Sequence record: MN871449.1
DNA: 64,000 nt
Reading direction: 5' to 3' (one strand)
Shown: one piece after another, positions 55,089 through 62,902 of the stretch
Numbering within the stretch: position 1 is the first letter of the stretch
How the letters are laid out: each line of letters opens with the position of its first letter
The notes under the pieces: model-generated
What the model was told of the DNA's origin: nothing
Databases searched by the model: none
The model's input: only the letters and a program-made list of their open reading frames with translations
Position numbers and translations under genes: made by a program

Positions 55089-55532
55089 GTGGGTATTTTA
55101 TATTTGCGGAAAGGGGATTTGTTTGAGGAAGAGGCTGAGGTCGTAAAGGTCGTAACCGTAAATTGCGTAGGGGCAATGGGTGCTGGAGTCGCCTTGACGT
55201 GTAAGCAACGCTACCCTGAGGTCTACGCGCGGTATAGAGCGCAGTGCGATAAAGCCCAATGGAAACCAGGGAACGTCTGGTATACGGAAGCGAACGACGG
55301 GACGCGACTGTTACTGGCGGCGACTAAAGACCATTGGCGTTACCCCTCTCGGTACCCGTGGGTAGAAGCCTGTTTAAAACGGATTGCAGTCTTTGTAGAA
55401 CGGGAACAGGTCAACACGCTTGCATTAACGCATTTGGGCTGTGGTAACGGTAAGTTAGACCCGGTCATCGTGAGGAAAATGACGGACGATGAATTGGGTG
55501 CAGCCTTAGTTGATGTTCATTTGTATTTTTAA
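55089..55532 (+). CDS. Macrodomain ADP-ribosylglycohydrolase, DarG/TARG1-like
   Basis: KGDLF, VNCVGAMGAGVA, KQRYP, ATKDHWR (Lys at the DarG catalytic position), LGCGNGKLD. Confidence 0.85.
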   Translation: MGILYLRKGDLFEEEAEVVKVVTVNCVGAMGAGVALTCKQRYPEVYARYRAQCDKAQWKPGNVWYTEANDGTRLLLAATKDHWRYPSRYPWVEACLKRIAVFVEREQVNTLALTHLGCGNGKLDPVIVRKMTDDELGAALVDVHLYF

Positions 55533-55541
55533 GGACGAAGG

Positions 55542-55907
55542 ATGAAAGTCACGATCGATATTACCGCTAACCAAACTCGACCGATGTCAGGGTTCCTGAA
55601 TGCGCCTCTGAGCATCGATCAGTTAGTTTTGGATAAGTACTACCTTATTGCAGTGAAAACGCCCTCAGAGATTCCTGAGGGTTATTTAACGACCGCTAAT
55701 GACTTCTTCGAAGAACAGCGGTTGATCGAAGAATGGAAACGACGGAATAATGTTGTTTATCAATCGGGACACCTTAAACATATCCGATTAGTTAAAATCA
55801 TCGGGTACAGTGATCAGGGTTTTCCGATCGGATTGCTCAGCGAAGGGAAAAGTCAACCCTTAGCTACTATCCCTGACGAATACTTCAACAGACTCATTAA
55901 ACACTAA
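55542..55907 (+). CDS. Hypothetical protein (121 aa)
   Basis: AAGGA RBS. Confidence 0.7.
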   Translation: MKVTIDITANQTRPMSGFLNAPLSIDQLVLDKYYLIAVKTPSEIPEGYLTTANDFFEEQRLIEEWKRRNNVVYQSGHLKHIRLVKIIGYSDQGFPIGLLSEGKSQPLATIPDEYFNRLIKH

Positions 55908-55919
55908 AAGGAAAATAAC

Positions 55920-56162
55920 ATGACTTTAGCACTGATTGAACACGATCTGAAAAAGCTGGCGACGCTGGATGAAGAAACTTGTAAGAATTTTCGTAAACGT
56001 ATTCGTGAAGCGTTACGTGAAAGAAAGCGACTGCCTGTCGGGATCCGTAGCCAGATTGTCATTAATCAAACTTTCCTTCGCATGTTAGGTCAGAGAGATC
56101 TTTCCGGGTTAGAGAAAGTTGGGTTTGTCGTCAATTTGAAGTACGGGGAGAAGGTCGCATGA
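55920..56162 (+). CDS. Hypothetical protein (80 aa)
   Basis: AAGGA RBS; ATGA overlap with the next gene. Confidence 0.7.
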   Translation: MTLALIEHDLKKLATLDEETCKNFRKRIREALRERKRLPVGIRSQIVINQTFLRMLGQRDLSGLEKVGFVVNLKYGEKVA

Positions 56163-57130
56163 AAAAGACACTATATCGCACAGAGCAAGCAGAAGAAAAC
56201 AATGATCTCGACATTTATTTCGATGGTAAAGATTTAGAAAATTCAATTGAACGGTTCAATCATCTTTTTGGAATAGATCAACAAGATCTCATTGCTGTAC
56301 AATTTTTCAGTCAGCGAAATGGGGTTATGGTACGGCTACCGGGTGATTCTTTATTCCGATCCAACGTTGCTACCAGTACTCATTTTAATCCTTCATGGGA
56401 TAAGAAGAAGCGGAAAGAAACCGTGGTTGATTTATTTCGGCGTTTTGCTGAGGCCGAATATTGCTTTACCGATTTAGCCCTTGACGATAGTCAAATAACT
56501 GAATATTTTCAAGAGGCTGCCCGGCGGTATATCGAAAATTTAACTTCCGATAAATGTACCTTTCAAATTGACACCGACTTTGGGGTAGGGTTATTAAGGA
56601 AACCTAAAGATCCGGAGTTAGCTGGGGTCATTGCCAATATTCGCAGAATGAAGGAGCTTCAATATTCGGTTAATTTACCAGAGGAACGTGTTATTGAACT
56701 CATTGATCGAGAGGTTAATTCTCTTTATCATGGCGATAACGAAGATGAGTTTGGACGGGGTGTTCCACTGGATCTTATTCTACGCAATCCAGAAAAATAC
56801 CAGTTGGTCATCAGGCACTCTGGCTGGAATTTTGATCGTTTCGTTTTAGATCCATCCGATAATGTTTACAAAGATTATTTCGATCACTACGAATCCTTAG
56901 ATGGGATCGATACTCAAAGTAAACTCATCAACCTGATCGTTTCTCTTGGTTACGCGTATTATGAAAGACCCTCTATCAATCGTTACAGGGATGTTCATAA
57001 ATCAGATAGCGAGTTTAAGAAGGCGATCTTTTACCACAATTTGATCTTAAATGAATACCGTGACAGATCCTATTTCCCGATTATTGAAACTGAATTATTT
57101 CGTTATCGGTTTATTGAGAAAAGTAATTAA
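56159..57130 (+). CDS. Hypothetical protein (323 aa), AT-rich coding
   Basis: Long ORF; no motif recognised. Confidence 0.8.
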   Translation: MKKTLYRTEQAEENNDLDIYFDGKDLENSIERFNHLFGIDQQDLIAVQFFSQRNGVMVRLPGDSLFRSNVATSTHFNPSWDKKKRKETVVDLFRRFAEAEYCFTDLALDDSQITEYFQEAARRYIENLTSDKCTFQIDTDFGVGLLRKPKDPELAGVIANIRRMKELQYSVNLPEERVIELIDREVNSLYHGDNEDEFGRGVPLDLILRNPEKYQLVIRHSGWNFDRFVLDPSDNVYKDYFDHYESLDGIDTQSKLINLIVSLGYAYYERPSINRYRDVHKSDSEFKKAIFYHNLILNEYRDRSYFPIIETELFRYRFIEKSN

Positions 57131-57275
57131 TATTTTTTAACGCTTTTTCTTTATATGTGAATCAAAGGTCGTTTTACTGGTCACTTTGAGGGTAATGGTA
57201 AAAATAAAGTTTTGGGGGAAAGGGGGTGGTTTAAATAATGCACCAATCCGAAACAGTTAGCTATTACGTACTGCA

Positions 57276-57333
57276 GGTACCTTCCTTAGAGAGAGTGAAC
57301 ACAGTGAGCTCTCGGTTAAGGTAAAGAGGTACC
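57276..57333. other. Nested three-stem hairpin in an intergenic region
   Basis: GGTACCT/AGGTACC, CCTTA/TAAGG and GAGAG/CTCTC enclose AGTGAACACAGTGAG. Confidence 0.5.
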
Positions 57334-57465
57334 GGAAGGGAGTAATGCTCATTCAAGTAATCTGATTGAAATGAAGATTACGCTGGTAGTTAACGATACG
57401 AATAATTGACCTGGAGAGAGAGTATAAAACTCTCCTCTGGGATTATGTCTCTTGAGGAGGAAAAG

Positions 57466-58134
57466 ATGAAGAAATCGTTGAGCATTGAGGAGTTAGTGAA
57501 ATGGACAAATACACAGACTGACTTATTAACTTTAACAAAGACTATTGTTGAAAGGTTAGAGTATCAGCATAAGCTGGGTCAAGCTAACCCTGAGATAGAT
57601 AAGATGCTTGCGGAAACAAAAGCGATCTTAGCAGAGATCAAAAAGCTGAATATTGGCGTGGGGTTTTTATCCGGTATCCCACAAAGGAAATTAGCGGAGA
57701 TGTACGAACTCTCTTCGGCCAGGATTTCTCAGATCATTAAAGAGTTAAAAGGTCCTAACGTTATCGAATCTGAGCACAGAGAGATAGAATTCATTCTGAC
57801 TGAACTCCCTTGTTATTCAGCCGGAAATTGGCAGATAGCCATAGTTCCCCCAGAAAATTATAAGGCTCTGGGAGGTTTTCATACGGATGATCAAGACTTC
57901 TTAGTCGAAAGGGGTTTAAAGGAGTTCCAAAATATTCCGTTTGAGGCATTTGGTTTCAGGGAAACTCACCGTCTACAACAGAGCGACCTTTTCCGTGATA
58001 ACATCCAGATTATCAGGGATGCAGCAGAAAGGTTGTTCTCGGACGAGAAAGACCCTGCAGAGAGCGTCGTGATTAAAGGTGATTTTGCTCACAACACTCA
58101 AAGATGGATGTTTTATGTTTCATTGAAGCAATAG
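57466..58134 (+). CDS. HTH-containing protein (222 aa)
   Basis: ATG 57466 with GAGGAGG; GIPQRKLAEMYELSSARISQII is a typical HTH after a coiled-coil-like N-terminus. Confidence 0.6.
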   Translation: MKKSLSIEELVKWTNTQTDLLTLTKTIVERLEYQHKLGQANPEIDKMLAETKAILAEIKKLNIGVGFLSGIPQRKLAEMYELSSARISQIIKELKGPNVIESEHREIEFILTELPCYSAGNWQIAIVPPENYKALGGFHTDDQDFLVERGLKEFQNIPFEAFGFRETHRLQQSDLFRDNIQIIRDAAERLFSDEKDPAESVVIKGDFAHNTQRWMFYVSLKQ

Positions 58135-58164
58135 AATGAATATCTTACCGGAAAGGGAAAAGAA

Positions 58165-58506
58165 ATGACCAAAGAACCTTATTTGGAATTTAACCGATTA
58201 ACTCAGGAGGATCATTACACTGCTCGTTTTGAGTTAATCGTGAATCAGCTTCAAAAGGATCTCTTACGTTTAAAGAAAGAAGATCCTCAGGGCGTTGACC
58301 AGTATACACGCTTTATTCAAGAATCTGAAAAAGCCGAAGGGTTACGTCTTTTTATCGATTGGTTACGGAAAAGTAAAGAAGGTTGGCAGGATGACAGTAT
58401 CATCCTGTACCATTCGCTGGACAGAGCCACTTTTAACGCCCGGTGGGCAAAAGGAGTGTTAGAATTTATTAGACGCTACCGAGAATTTGATATACAGGAA
58501 AATTAA
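58165..58506 (+). CDS. Hypothetical protein (113 aa)
   Basis: AAGGG RBS. Confidence 0.7.
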   Translation: MTKEPYLEFNRLTQEDHYTARFELIVNQLQKDLLRLKKEDPQGVDQYTRFIQESEKAEGLRLFIDWLRKSKEGWQDDSIILYHSLDRATFNARWAKGVLEFIRRYREFDIQEN

Positions 58507-58551
58507 AACATTACCCCTTGATAAAATTCATCACTTAACGGAGGAAATGAA

Positions 58552-58899
58552 ATGTACGGAATCAATCGATACAAAAACGGGTACGTCGTGATGTACAATA
58601 AATATCAGTTGTCGATTAACGACCTACCCATGGACAGAACGGCCACGAGCTATGACAATGAATATCGTATTACGCATGATACTGATCAATTTGGTTGTCG
58701 GACTTTCACGGTATATGGGACCGCAAAAGAAGCTCAGTGCCATGCCGACGCGTTAAACGAGAAAGAACAAGAATTACTGGCCAAAGAAAGGGAAAGGCTC
58801 TTAGAGCGTAATAAATCGCTGAGTAGTGTAATTAAGCCCGTTGTCGTAGGGGTGTTCATCGGTACGCTTTTTGGTATTGCTTTAGGGTTATTGGTTTAA
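58552..58899 (+). CDS. Hypothetical protein with a C-terminal membrane anchor (115 aa)
   Basis: GGAGG RBS; ends PVVVGVFIGTLFGIALGLLV. Confidence 0.7.
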   Translation: MYGINRYKNGYVVMYNKYQLSINDLPMDRTATSYDNEYRITHDTDQFGCRTFTVYGTAKEAQCHADALNEKEQELLAKERERLLERNKSLSSVIKPVVVGVFIGTLFGIALGLLV

Positions 58900-58911
58900 A
58901 GAGGGGACGAC

Positions 58912-59550
58912 ATGAGTCGAGTGTTGAATACAACTTTTCGGTACACGGATAAAAAACAATCGATTATCGGTGAAGTAGGTAAACACGGGGAGTTGGTAAA
59001 AGCCAGTATCTTCTTTGGTGAGCGCGCAATTGTGAGCTTAACCTGCGATATGCACAAAGTGCGTGACTTCGACGGGTTAATGGCAATAAATACCCAAGGG
59101 GAATTGTCGCAACTGATCGGGATTTATTTCCACGGTAACTTATACCCCTATAGCTGGAAGACCTTAGCGGACGATATCGTCAGGTTGATTCACAAAGGGG
59201 TTGAGAAAGGGCGAAGTGCGCGAGTTATTTTCTCCTCGTTAAAGTACGTTGACGCGTTACCCGAAAAAGGAATAGAAGTTCCTTACTTGTTAGGTGGCAA
59301 GACAAAGGTGTTTCGCGTTAATTATTTCGGAAGTGCTTTTGTTGACGGGGAATTGGCGAATAAAGCCTTAGGGACAGATCGGCGTTTTATTGAAAAACAA
59401 GGTAGAGTAATAGCCAATCAATTGGGTAAAGGCGAGGGGTTTGTGAAGTTTGTTTCAGGGAAAGGAAACGCCATGATTGGTGACAAGAAGACAAAAGCAC
59501 AATTAGTCAGTAAAGTAGAGAATCATCCTGTTTTAGTTCCCATTAATTAA
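58912..59550 (+). CDS. Hypothetical protein (212 aa)
   Basis: GAGGGG RBS. Confidence 0.75.
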   Translation: MSRVLNTTFRYTDKKQSIIGEVGKHGELVKASIFFGERAIVSLTCDMHKVRDFDGLMAINTQGELSQLIGIYFHGNLYPYSWKTLADDIVRLIHKGVEKGRSARVIFSSLKYVDALPEKGIEVPYLLGGKTKVFRVNYFGSAFVDGELANKALGTDRRFIEKQGRVIANQLGKGEGFVKFVSGKGNAMIGDKKTKAQLVSKVENHPVLVPIN

Positions 59551-59577
59551 ATCCATTTTTGTTCAAGGAGACAGTCA

Positions 59578-60846
59578 ATGTCCTTACATGCTTTCCGCGA
59601 AGAATCAGTAGAACTTCTAGCACCTTGGGAAGAAGCAGTCGAAGAAGAAACTAATACTCTATTATCTTCTCGTACTGCGATTTTCCATGAGATATTATTG
59701 AATTACCCGCCGCTTAATGAAGCATCTCGCGCTAAAAAGTACGAAGAAATTAAAGAATTCCACCGTCTGATTTTTAAAGGACTTTACCCCACGGTAGAAC
59801 GCGTTAGCGAAAACTTAAATAGTCAGGTATTACTAATGCGTTTCTTTCAACTGCTTGAAAGGGAAGCAGTGAGTATTCAAACGTTCATTAACTACGAACG
59901 TCCTTTTGGTGATACGGCCTTTCAATTTGAAATGGAAGTACTGAAACTTTTCTTGGACAAAATGAATCAGTACGGAATCTATACTGAACCATTTAGCCAC
60001 AGGAGCTTCTTTATCTTTCGTGATGATAAAATTGTAGGGACATGTCAGATAGAAGATAATGGTAACCAACAAAGATTTTTTTACGTTGGTGACTTTTCGA
60101 TCGGGAAAATCCTCAAAGATATTTTCAACAGCTTCCAAAATAAAGAGAAGAATATTACTATTCGTCGGCTCTGTTTAACGGGTAACAATGATGTTCAAAG
60201 TCAGTATAAAACACTGAAACAACGGCGCACAGTTACCGATCCAAAAGCCTTTTGGCCCTTCGCACCCAAATCACCTCGTGAGATGGCAGCCGAGTTTGAA
60301 GCCAGTGACTCGAACGTACTGATTCTGTACGGCGAGCCAGGGTTAGGTAAGAGCCAATATATCGCCGAGATGATCAAGTGGAAAGACGAGAACTCTTACG
60401 GTACCGTATTTGTTTGCGACGATAACCCGGTATTTAAATCCCCGCGGTTTACACCTTACGTTCACGACATGCCAAGTAACAGCTGGTTGGTGACTGAAGA
60501 CGCCCATGAAATGATCGAAGCACGTGATATGGGTAACAGTCTGATGGCTGGGATACTGAATGCTGCCGAAGGGATCACCTCTGGTAATGTCAAATTCATT
60601 ATCTCAACTAACATCACGTCGTTAAAAGACGTTGATCATGCCCTGTATCGTCCAGGTCGTACTTTACGCGTCATCCCGTTCAAAGCGTTAACAGCCGATC
60701 AAGCCAATGCCGCTCGCGCTGCGATAGGACACCCTCCGATTGATTTCGGTAACGTTTCCAAACTCAGCTTAGCGGAAGCATTAAACTGGGAATCGTATCA
60801 GGCGTTGCAAAGCGAGATCAAACAAGGCGGCTTTATCGGTCGTTAA
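59578..60846 (+). CDS. AAA+ ATPase, paralog 1
   Basis: Walker A GEPGLGKS, Walker B LVTED, sensor-1 FIISTN, Arg-finger DHALYRPGR. Confidence 0.88.
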   Translation: MSLHAFREESVELLAPWEEAVEEETNTLLSSRTAIFHEILLNYPPLNEASRAKKYEEIKEFHRLIFKGLYPTVERVSENLNSQVLLMRFFQLLEREAVSIQTFINYERPFGDTAFQFEMEVLKLFLDKMNQYGIYTEPFSHRSFFIFRDDKIVGTCQIEDNGNQQRFFYVGDFSIGKILKDIFNSFQNKEKNITIRRLCLTGNNDVQSQYKTLKQRRTVTDPKAFWPFAPKSPREMAAEFEASDSNVLILYGEPGLGKSQYIAEMIKWKDENSYGTVFVCDDNPVFKSPRFTPYVHDMPSNSWLVTEDAHEMIEARDMGNSLMAGILNAAEGITSGNVKFIISTNITSLKDVDHALYRPGRTLRVIPFKALTADQANAARAAIGHPPIDFGNVSKLSLAEALNWESYQALQSEIKQGGFIGR

Positions 60847-60852
60847 CCGTAT

Positions 60853-60870
60853 GGGCGGGAATTCCCGCCC
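60853..60870. repeat. Perfect 18-bp palindrome (operator or hairpin)
   Basis: GGGCGGGAATTCCCGCCC equals its own reverse complement. Confidence 0.85.
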
Positions 60871-60886
60871 CATGTCTATTTACGTA

Positions 60887-60894
60887 TATATCAC
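60887..60894 (+). promoter_or_regulatory. Early promoter core
   Basis: TATATCAC; the second box is divergent (ACGTAGA). Confidence 0.5.
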
Positions 60895-60925
60895 TTACGT
60901 AGATACCCTAAGGAGTCCAAATGAC

Positions 60926-61270
60926 ATGGCACGCAAAACGAAGTTTAATAGCCTCGATCGCCAAACGTATCGTTTAGGTCGCCAGATCGAACGTGAGCGA
61001 TTATTTCCTGAATTCAGTGCAGAGCTCTCTCCTACAGTCTTAAGGGTACGCGGGCTTTCTGATGAAGAAATAGCCCATGTTTTAGAATGTCCCGTAGGAG
61101 ACGTTGAGAAAGTGATCGAATTTGACCGCCACACTGCCGCAGTGAGTGCAGGGTCAGATAAAACACTTGTGAAGGAATTAGCGTTGGTTGACAAAGCGCT
61201 CGCTGAGATGGAAGTACAACTCAGTATTCTTGAAACCGGGATGAGACCCCCAAGTAGGAAAAAGAAATGA
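60926..61270 (+). CDS. HTH protein (114 aa), paralog of 45921
   Basis: ATG 60926 with AGGAG; RGLSDEEIAHVLECPVGDVEKVI; C-terminal coiled coil. Confidence 0.65.
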   Translation: MARKTKFNSLDRQTYRLGRQIERERLFPEFSAELSPTVLRVRGLSDEEIAHVLECPVGDVEKVIEFDRHTAAVSAGSDKTLVKELALVDKALAEMEVQLSILETGMRPPSRKKK

Positions 61271-61347
61271 TTATACTGACCATTGAAGATGTCATCTGCG
61301 AAAAGTGCTACGGGAGTATTTTCTCTGGTGGTTGTACTTGTCAATAA
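61267..61347 (+). CDS. 26-aa Cys4 microprotein (not in ORF track)
   Basis: ATGA overlap with the HTH stop, AGGA upstream; MIILTIEDVICEKCYGSIFSGGCTCQ; fills the gap to the next RBS. Confidence 0.5.
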   Translation: MIILTIEDVICEKCYGSIFSGGCTCQ

Positions 61348-61374
61348 CTAACTTTGTTTAATAAGGAAATCTAA

Positions 61375-62544
61375 ATGGCTAATGAAAGTAAAAACAATGT
61401 TTTGACTAAAGATTTTACGTCAAATGCACGCGCCGATTCAGGTAAGCTCAAAGAAGAAATGATGGAATTTTTCGATATTTACTGCCGGATAAATGTTGAA
61501 GGTCGAAGTAACGGCGACCATGTTAAAAAAGCGATCAAAATTTTCTTGGGGGTCAATAATCGCCCTATGGGTTTCTCAAGGAAAGGGTTTTGGTTAACAG
61601 GGAATGCACGCGACTTAGGGAAAAGTGTTGAGGAACTGCTTTCCAATCAGTTACGTAATTACCTCTCGAAATTCGACACTTTTGTTTACACCGAAATTAT
61701 TCCTGGGGCATTCCTTCTCGCTAACCTACGAGGAGAGATTGTAGGGATGCTCTATTTTGGGTCCGGTGTCTCAGAAAACTTTGTATTCTGTTACGGGCCT
61801 GACGATCTCTGCCAAGGGTTCGGGGAAATTATCAGTACGTTCTTCACGGCCCGCTTACCGGAAACGGTTTCTCGTTTGTCGCTGAATGCTGCCGGTAATG
61901 TCGTTGCGCGGAACAAACGACTGCAAGATAAAAAAGAGATAAAAGACTTTAAGGGATTCTGGCCTTATTTCTCATTATCCCCTGCGGAATTGGCGGAAGC
62001 GTTTGATAATTCAAACAACAATGTTTTAGTCCTTTACGGTGCACCAGGGTTAGGTAAGAGCCAGTTCATTCGTGAAATGATACGGTGGAAAAATGAACAA
62101 AAAAATGATAACGTCGTTGTAGCGGATACTGCGGACGTACTCAATTCGCCATCTATTGTTCCGTATATCCATGATTTGGATGACGGTACTTGGCTCGTCA
62201 CCGAAGACCAGCTAGTTATGTTGGAGCGTCGCGAAAACGGTAATAGCTTAATGTCCGGTTTATTAAACGCCGCAGAGGGGATCACTTCCGGTAACGTCAA
62301 ATTCATTATCTCAACTAACTTACTTAACCTCAAGTCAGTCGATAACGCAATTATTCGCCCCGGCCGTTTGTTTAAAGCCCTGTCATTCAGAACGTTAAAT
62401 GAAACCGAAGCTGCGAAGGCCCGGAGCGCAGTTGATCTCGAACCGGTAGATTTCGCTGGTCGTGAGAAAATCACGTTGGCGGAAGCATTAAACTGGGAGA
62501 CCTTCATCGAAACTGAAAGTATGATCAAAACAAGTTTTATTTAA
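61375..62544 (+). CDS. AAA+ ATPase, paralog 2
   Basis: GAPGLGKS, LVTED, FIISTN, DNAIIRPGR. Confidence 0.88.
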   Translation: MANESKNNVLTKDFTSNARADSGKLKEEMMEFFDIYCRINVEGRSNGDHVKKAIKIFLGVNNRPMGFSRKGFWLTGNARDLGKSVEELLSNQLRNYLSKFDTFVYTEIIPGAFLLANLRGEIVGMLYFGSGVSENFVFCYGPDDLCQGFGEIISTFFTARLPETVSRLSLNAAGNVVARNKRLQDKKEIKDFKGFWPYFSLSPAELAEAFDNSNNNVLVLYGAPGLGKSQFIREMIRWKNEQKNDNVVVADTADVLNSPSIVPYIHDLDDGTWLVTEDQLVMLERRENGNSLMSGLLNAAEGITSGNVKFIISTNLLNLKSVDNAIIRPGRLFKALSFRTLNETEAAKARSAVDLEPVDFAGREKITLAEALNWETFIETESMIKTSFI

Positions 62545-62556
62545 TCCGGAGGTAAA

Positions 62557-62844
62557 ATGATTGTTTATACCAAACATCTCTTCAAAGTAGATTCCCAGGC
62601 CAGCGAAAAAGGAAACGTCGTTACGATTGAAACCGATAACGCGTTCCACGCGATTGATCTTATTAACGTCGATGCGATGTCATTCTCGGTAGAAGACGGC
62701 CTGGAACCCTATCAAAAACTCCTGTTGATCGTTAACGGGTCGACGATTGAATTCCGTCACCGTACCGAAACCGGGTTTAATCCGATGGTGAAAACGGGTT
62801 TCCAGAAGTTATTTAAACAGCGTTTTAATGCTGCGCTTCGTTAA
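62557..62844 (+). CDS. Hypothetical protein (95 aa)
   Basis: GGAGG RBS. Confidence 0.7.
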   Translation: MIVYTKHLFKVDSQASEKGNVVTIETDNAFHAIDLINVDAMSFSVEDGLEPYQKLLLIVNGSTIEFRHRTETGFNPMVKTGFQKLFKQRFNAALR

Positions 62845-62902
62845 TCAAAGTTTAACGTTGTGATTATTCTTTGTGCAACTCTCAATTAGGATTCGTACGT
62901 AC

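Noticed and set aside
55050-55133. 27-aa ORF (MDSVKHL...) upstream of and overlapping the macrodomain gene
   Set aside because: GAGG is too close to the ATG, it overlaps a well-supported gene out of frame, and it has no motif.
60859-60864. EcoRI site at the centre of the 18-bp palindrome as a sign of cloning or assembly artefact
   Set aside because: GAATTC occurs naturally elsewhere in the window and the flanks are continuous phage-like sequence.
9917-62902. ORF-track starts at 9917, 14589, 19325, 21114, 25220, 25527, 26352, 26794, 27119, 39429, 40560, 57406, 60851 and 62873
   Set aside because: They overlap upstream genes, terminators or promoters, or lack an RBS; downstream in-frame starts were used, most with a better Shine-Dalgarno site.
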